64,000 bases of DNA from Trichodelitschia bisporula. Lineage: Eukaryota. Positions 60,968 to 64,000 of the stretch are shown here, one piece after another. The translations under genes were made by a program, and so were the position numbers. Positions within the stretch are counted from its first letter, which is position 1; each line of letters opens with the position of its first letter. The notes beneath the pieces are model-generated. The model did no database searches and was not told where the DNA came from. It saw only the letters and a program-made list of their open reading frames with translations. The stretch is taken from contig ML996692.1 in NCBI GenBank assembly GCA_010356995.1, positions 124,001 through 188,000 on the forward strand. The letters are read 5' to 3'.

Positions 60968-63141
60968 ACGCGTCGCACGCCCTACCGGCAAAGCGGAAAG
61001 GCTAAGTGGCACAGTGACTCTCAAGCGAATCCGCGGAGCTGTAGTGCACCTTGTCGGTCAGGAATATTGACACAACGGCGGCAGTCCCGACTGCAGCAAA
61101 GTTTTCCCTCCTGAGACCCTAGCAGAATATCGCGAGTAAGACGTGAATTATGGTTCGCGAAGAGGGGAAGCTGGAGTTGATCCCCCTCTTCAGAAAAGCG
61201 CGATTGTGTCAGGTGCGGGGTGGGGTGGGGGGAGGCTGGGAGGGATTGATTCTTCAAGGCCCGAAAAGAAGCTAAGAAAAAACCTGGAGCAAGTGAGGTG
61301 CATCTCAGCTCCTGCGGGGTGCCTTCAAGGCTACTAAAACCGGAAAGACAAGGACACAAGCAGGCAAAGAGGCCGGCATGGCGCGGAGAGACTCAAACTC
61401 GTGCCGGCCGTCACGTCGTGTTGCCCGATAGTTAGTCATACACTGGTGGAGTCGTCCGAGGCACGCGAGAGTTGCGGAAGAGAAGACACACTTTGTTCGA
61501 AACGCTGGCGGAGCTTCTTCTTCACGACCAGCCTCCCCAAACGCGTTGCGGGTGTCGTACGGGCACGGCTCGGCTGACAGAGAGGCGGGGGAAGTGTTAA
61601 AGAGAAAGTGCGAGACGCGTTCTAGCGGCATTGACCTGGCCCCACCGGCCGAGGATGCTCCCCGCTAGTGGATACTCGAGACGCGCCGTTGGAGCTCTCT
61701 GCGGTCTGCCCCGCTACGCGCGAGCCGGCGGGAGGAATTGGGTCAAACGTGCCCGCCTCATGACGCAAACACGATGTGCACGCGGAGGGCGAGCTGTGGG
61801 TTAACCCCACGCGAGAGGCAGGGCGAGAGCAAGCGGGCCGAGGGGGGCCATCGCCGCGTGGAAAGCGGGTGTCAATGGGATTTTACTCGCGAATGCGTGT
61901 CCGCGTCTGCGTGCAGAGTGCATAGCGTCGGGAGGGTAGATACAGCTCTCTTGTTTCCCACTTTCCGGGAACAGGACGAGCGAGCTGTGACATACAGCAA
62001 TCGGCAAAGCAAGGTGGGGGAGAATAAGCCCGGGCAATACTCCGTATCAATATGCCAAATATGCAGCGATGGGGAGCGGTGGGATCGCGGTGGGCTGGCG
62101 CGTATTTAGCGGACCACTTGGACGCGTGGGCGCGAGGAATCGCGGTCGCGGGATGGGTGAAAGTGGCTGGGATTGATGCAGCAATCAGGCTGAGCGAGTG
62201 TTCCTTTCGGGCCAGCAAGCCGACCGGGAGGGAGAAGGAGGAGAAATAGAGATCGGGGCGAGATTATGCATCGCCTTGCTTTTGAAACGCAGGCTGAGTC
62301 GAGTCTTGCAGTTGGAGTTGACTGGGGAGGGGGAGAGAATAATGGTTCGTTCGCGTCTTCTTCTTTGATCGGGTATCAGATCTCTGCTGTCTCTGATGGC
62401 ATCACCACAGCTTTCCCAGAGGCAGCTTTCTCTCCGACGGTCGAAGAAGATAATATGCATTACGGATTAGAAGGCGGCGCCATGGATAAAACTATCAATC
62501 TACCGTAGTCTTGTCACTCCTCCCCCGCGCCCGCCATGGACGGCGTAAATGGCGACTGGCTGGACCAGACAAATAAGGTGCGTGCACTCGCGGAGTCGCG
62601 CGCGCTGCGGGTGTCCTTGATGTACCGCGTCCGCCGTGTCCGCACCGGCCGCCGCGCCCCACGGCCTGCCTACCGGCCCTTACACCCATTCCCATTATTC
62701 CCACTTACCACAGACACGCCTACACGCTCAAACCACACGCCTCCAGGCAAAAAAGTCACGTCCCAAGTGTGCCTGTGCTTGCTACCAGTGCCCAGCAAAA
62801 AGAGACGGCAGTGCCCACTCCCCAAACCCACCTCCCCCTCTCCACTTTGCTGGCCCACAACCCAACCCCAAAGTCAAACCTTGACTGACCCACCACCATT
62901 CGCGCGTCTCTTCCTCTCTCAAAACCCTCACATTCTCTTTTCCTTTCCTCTGCTCCTTCTTCTCTTCTCAGCCTCGACTGCGTCTCTTTTCGTCTCTTAA
63001 CCCACTTGTGCTCTCAGCTGCATACGCGCGCCTGCCTCTGCTGCACTCGCGTAAGTTGATACCCGCCTCTCCTCCCAACGGCATCCGAACAGCTTCGAGT
63101 CTTGAACCTTCGATACCAACCTCAAGGCCGCCAAAACGCGT
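60968..63141. promoter_or_regulatory. Cluster of MCB (ACGCGT) elements upstream of the TOS4-like gene
   Basis: Exact ACGCGT at 60968, 61541, 61615, 62122 and 63136, plus TTCGCGAA at 61154. Confidence 0.55.
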
Positions 63142-63154
63142 CCTGGCCCTCGAA

Positions 63155-64000
63155 ATGGACAGTTCATCCCCCTCCAAGCCAAATTCGCTCGGTGGATTGC
63201 AATCGGCGCGTCGTGATGCCACGCGTCCGCGCGGTCTCCTCCCGCCTGTCGAGCTCTTCTCATCCCCCATCTCGGCTGGCAAGCGGAAACGTGATGTCCT
63301 CGAGCAGGACAACCTCTACCCCACTCCCGTCCCAACCTCATCACTCGGATTAGAGTGCACGTCACCAGCTCCTCACCTCCTGGATGGCGAAAGCTTCTCG
63401 CCTCTACGCATCGACCGTGAGCCCCTCTCCGATGTGCCTACCGTCGTGCTACCAGCCAATGGCCGCCCCGTCACCTTCGGTCGCTCATCCAAGTCCGCCG
63501 ACGTCAAAATGCACTCCAACACGCTCATCTCCCGCGTCCATTTGAGCGCGTGGTACGATCCCAACGACCGGATGATCTTGATCGAATGTCTTGGCTGGAA
63601 CGGAGCTCAAATTCACTGTCAGGGAAAGATATACGAGCTGCACAAGGAAGAGGCGTTTCATACGAGCGAAGTGGCGGCTACGGTTATGATCGATGCTCAT
63701 GGCTCGCGTGTGGTGGTCGGATGGCCGCAGGAAGCGTTGGTGGATGTGGAGCCCACTCCATCATCACGGAGCGGGACGGAGGAAGTGTCCCCCACACGCG
63801 CGTTTGGCCGTGCGGCTGCGAATCTCGCGTCAAGTCCGCCGCCAATGCCGATGGATCCGCCGTCACCTGCGTCATCACCTGCTCCCGCGATTGACATGTC
63901 AATCACAACCCAAATCGGTTTAGGCGACTCTCACGCCACTATCACCGTGTACGAAGACGACAAGGCCGAGCCTACCGCACCTTCGAGCAGCACTCCGCAG
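63155..64000 (+). CDS. TOS4: FHA-domain transcription regulator Tos4/Plm2-like; continues past the right edge
   Basis: Manual translation from ATG 63155: MDSSSPSK...LYPTPVPTSS...REPLSDVPTV...FGRSSKSA...LISRVH...IECLGWNG. No stop before the window end, hence absent from the ORF track. Confidence 0.85.
   Translation, partial: MDSSSPSKPNSLGGLQSARRDATRPRGLLPPVELFSSPISAGKRKRDVLEQDNLYPTPVPTSSLGLECTSPAPHLLDGESFSPLRIDREPLSDVPTVVLPANGRPVTFGRSSKSADVKMHSNTLISRVHLSAWYDPNDRMILIECLGWNGAQIHCQGKIYELHKEEAFHTSEVAATVMIDAHGSRVVVGWPQEALVDVEPTPSSRSGTEEVSPTRAFGRAAANLASSPPPMPMDPPSPASSPAPAIDMSITTQIGLGDSHATITVYEDDKAEPTAPSSSTPQ

Noticed and set aside
1..64000. Transposons, tRNA/rRNA, CRISPR arrays, RIP-degraded blocks
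   Set aside because: No transposase or RT motifs, terminal repeats, cloverleafs, spaced arrays or AT-rich blocks seen by eye.

Overview
Gene-dense, GC-rich DNA from a filamentous ascomycete (Pezizomycotina). Introns are mostly short (45-55 nt) with CTRAC/CTAAC branch points. I can support 18 protein-coding genes and found no tRNA, rRNA, CRISPR array or transposon. The centrepiece (18.3-41.0 kb) is a complete five-gene galactosaminogalactan (GAG) exopolysaccharide cluster: gtb3 (giant GT4 synthase), agd3 (deacetylase), ega3 (GH114), sph3 (GH135) and uge3 (epimerase). This system is known from Aspergillus fumigatus. Left flank: a MIZ/SP-RING protein running off the left edge (absent from the ORF track), BOI1/Pob1, a peroxisomal enoyl-CoA hydratase, RPL20, CSN12 and a BTB protein. 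Right flank: an SCP2 lipid-transfer protein, Ral2, BST1, a STYX-like probable pseudophosphatase, an orphan Cys/His-finger plus F-box-like protein, PPT1 and a TOS4-like FHA protein running off the right edge. Less obvious signals: an apparently inactive glycoside-hydrolase-like barrel in Gtb3; fold-back stems in four long introns; a 4-nt start-codon microexon in RPL20; an in-frame GC-AG intron in BOI1; SomA-, FarA- and MCB-like motif clusters; and an unexplained 3.6-kb gap inside the GAG cluster. All family calls rest on motif recognition by eye, with no database search.
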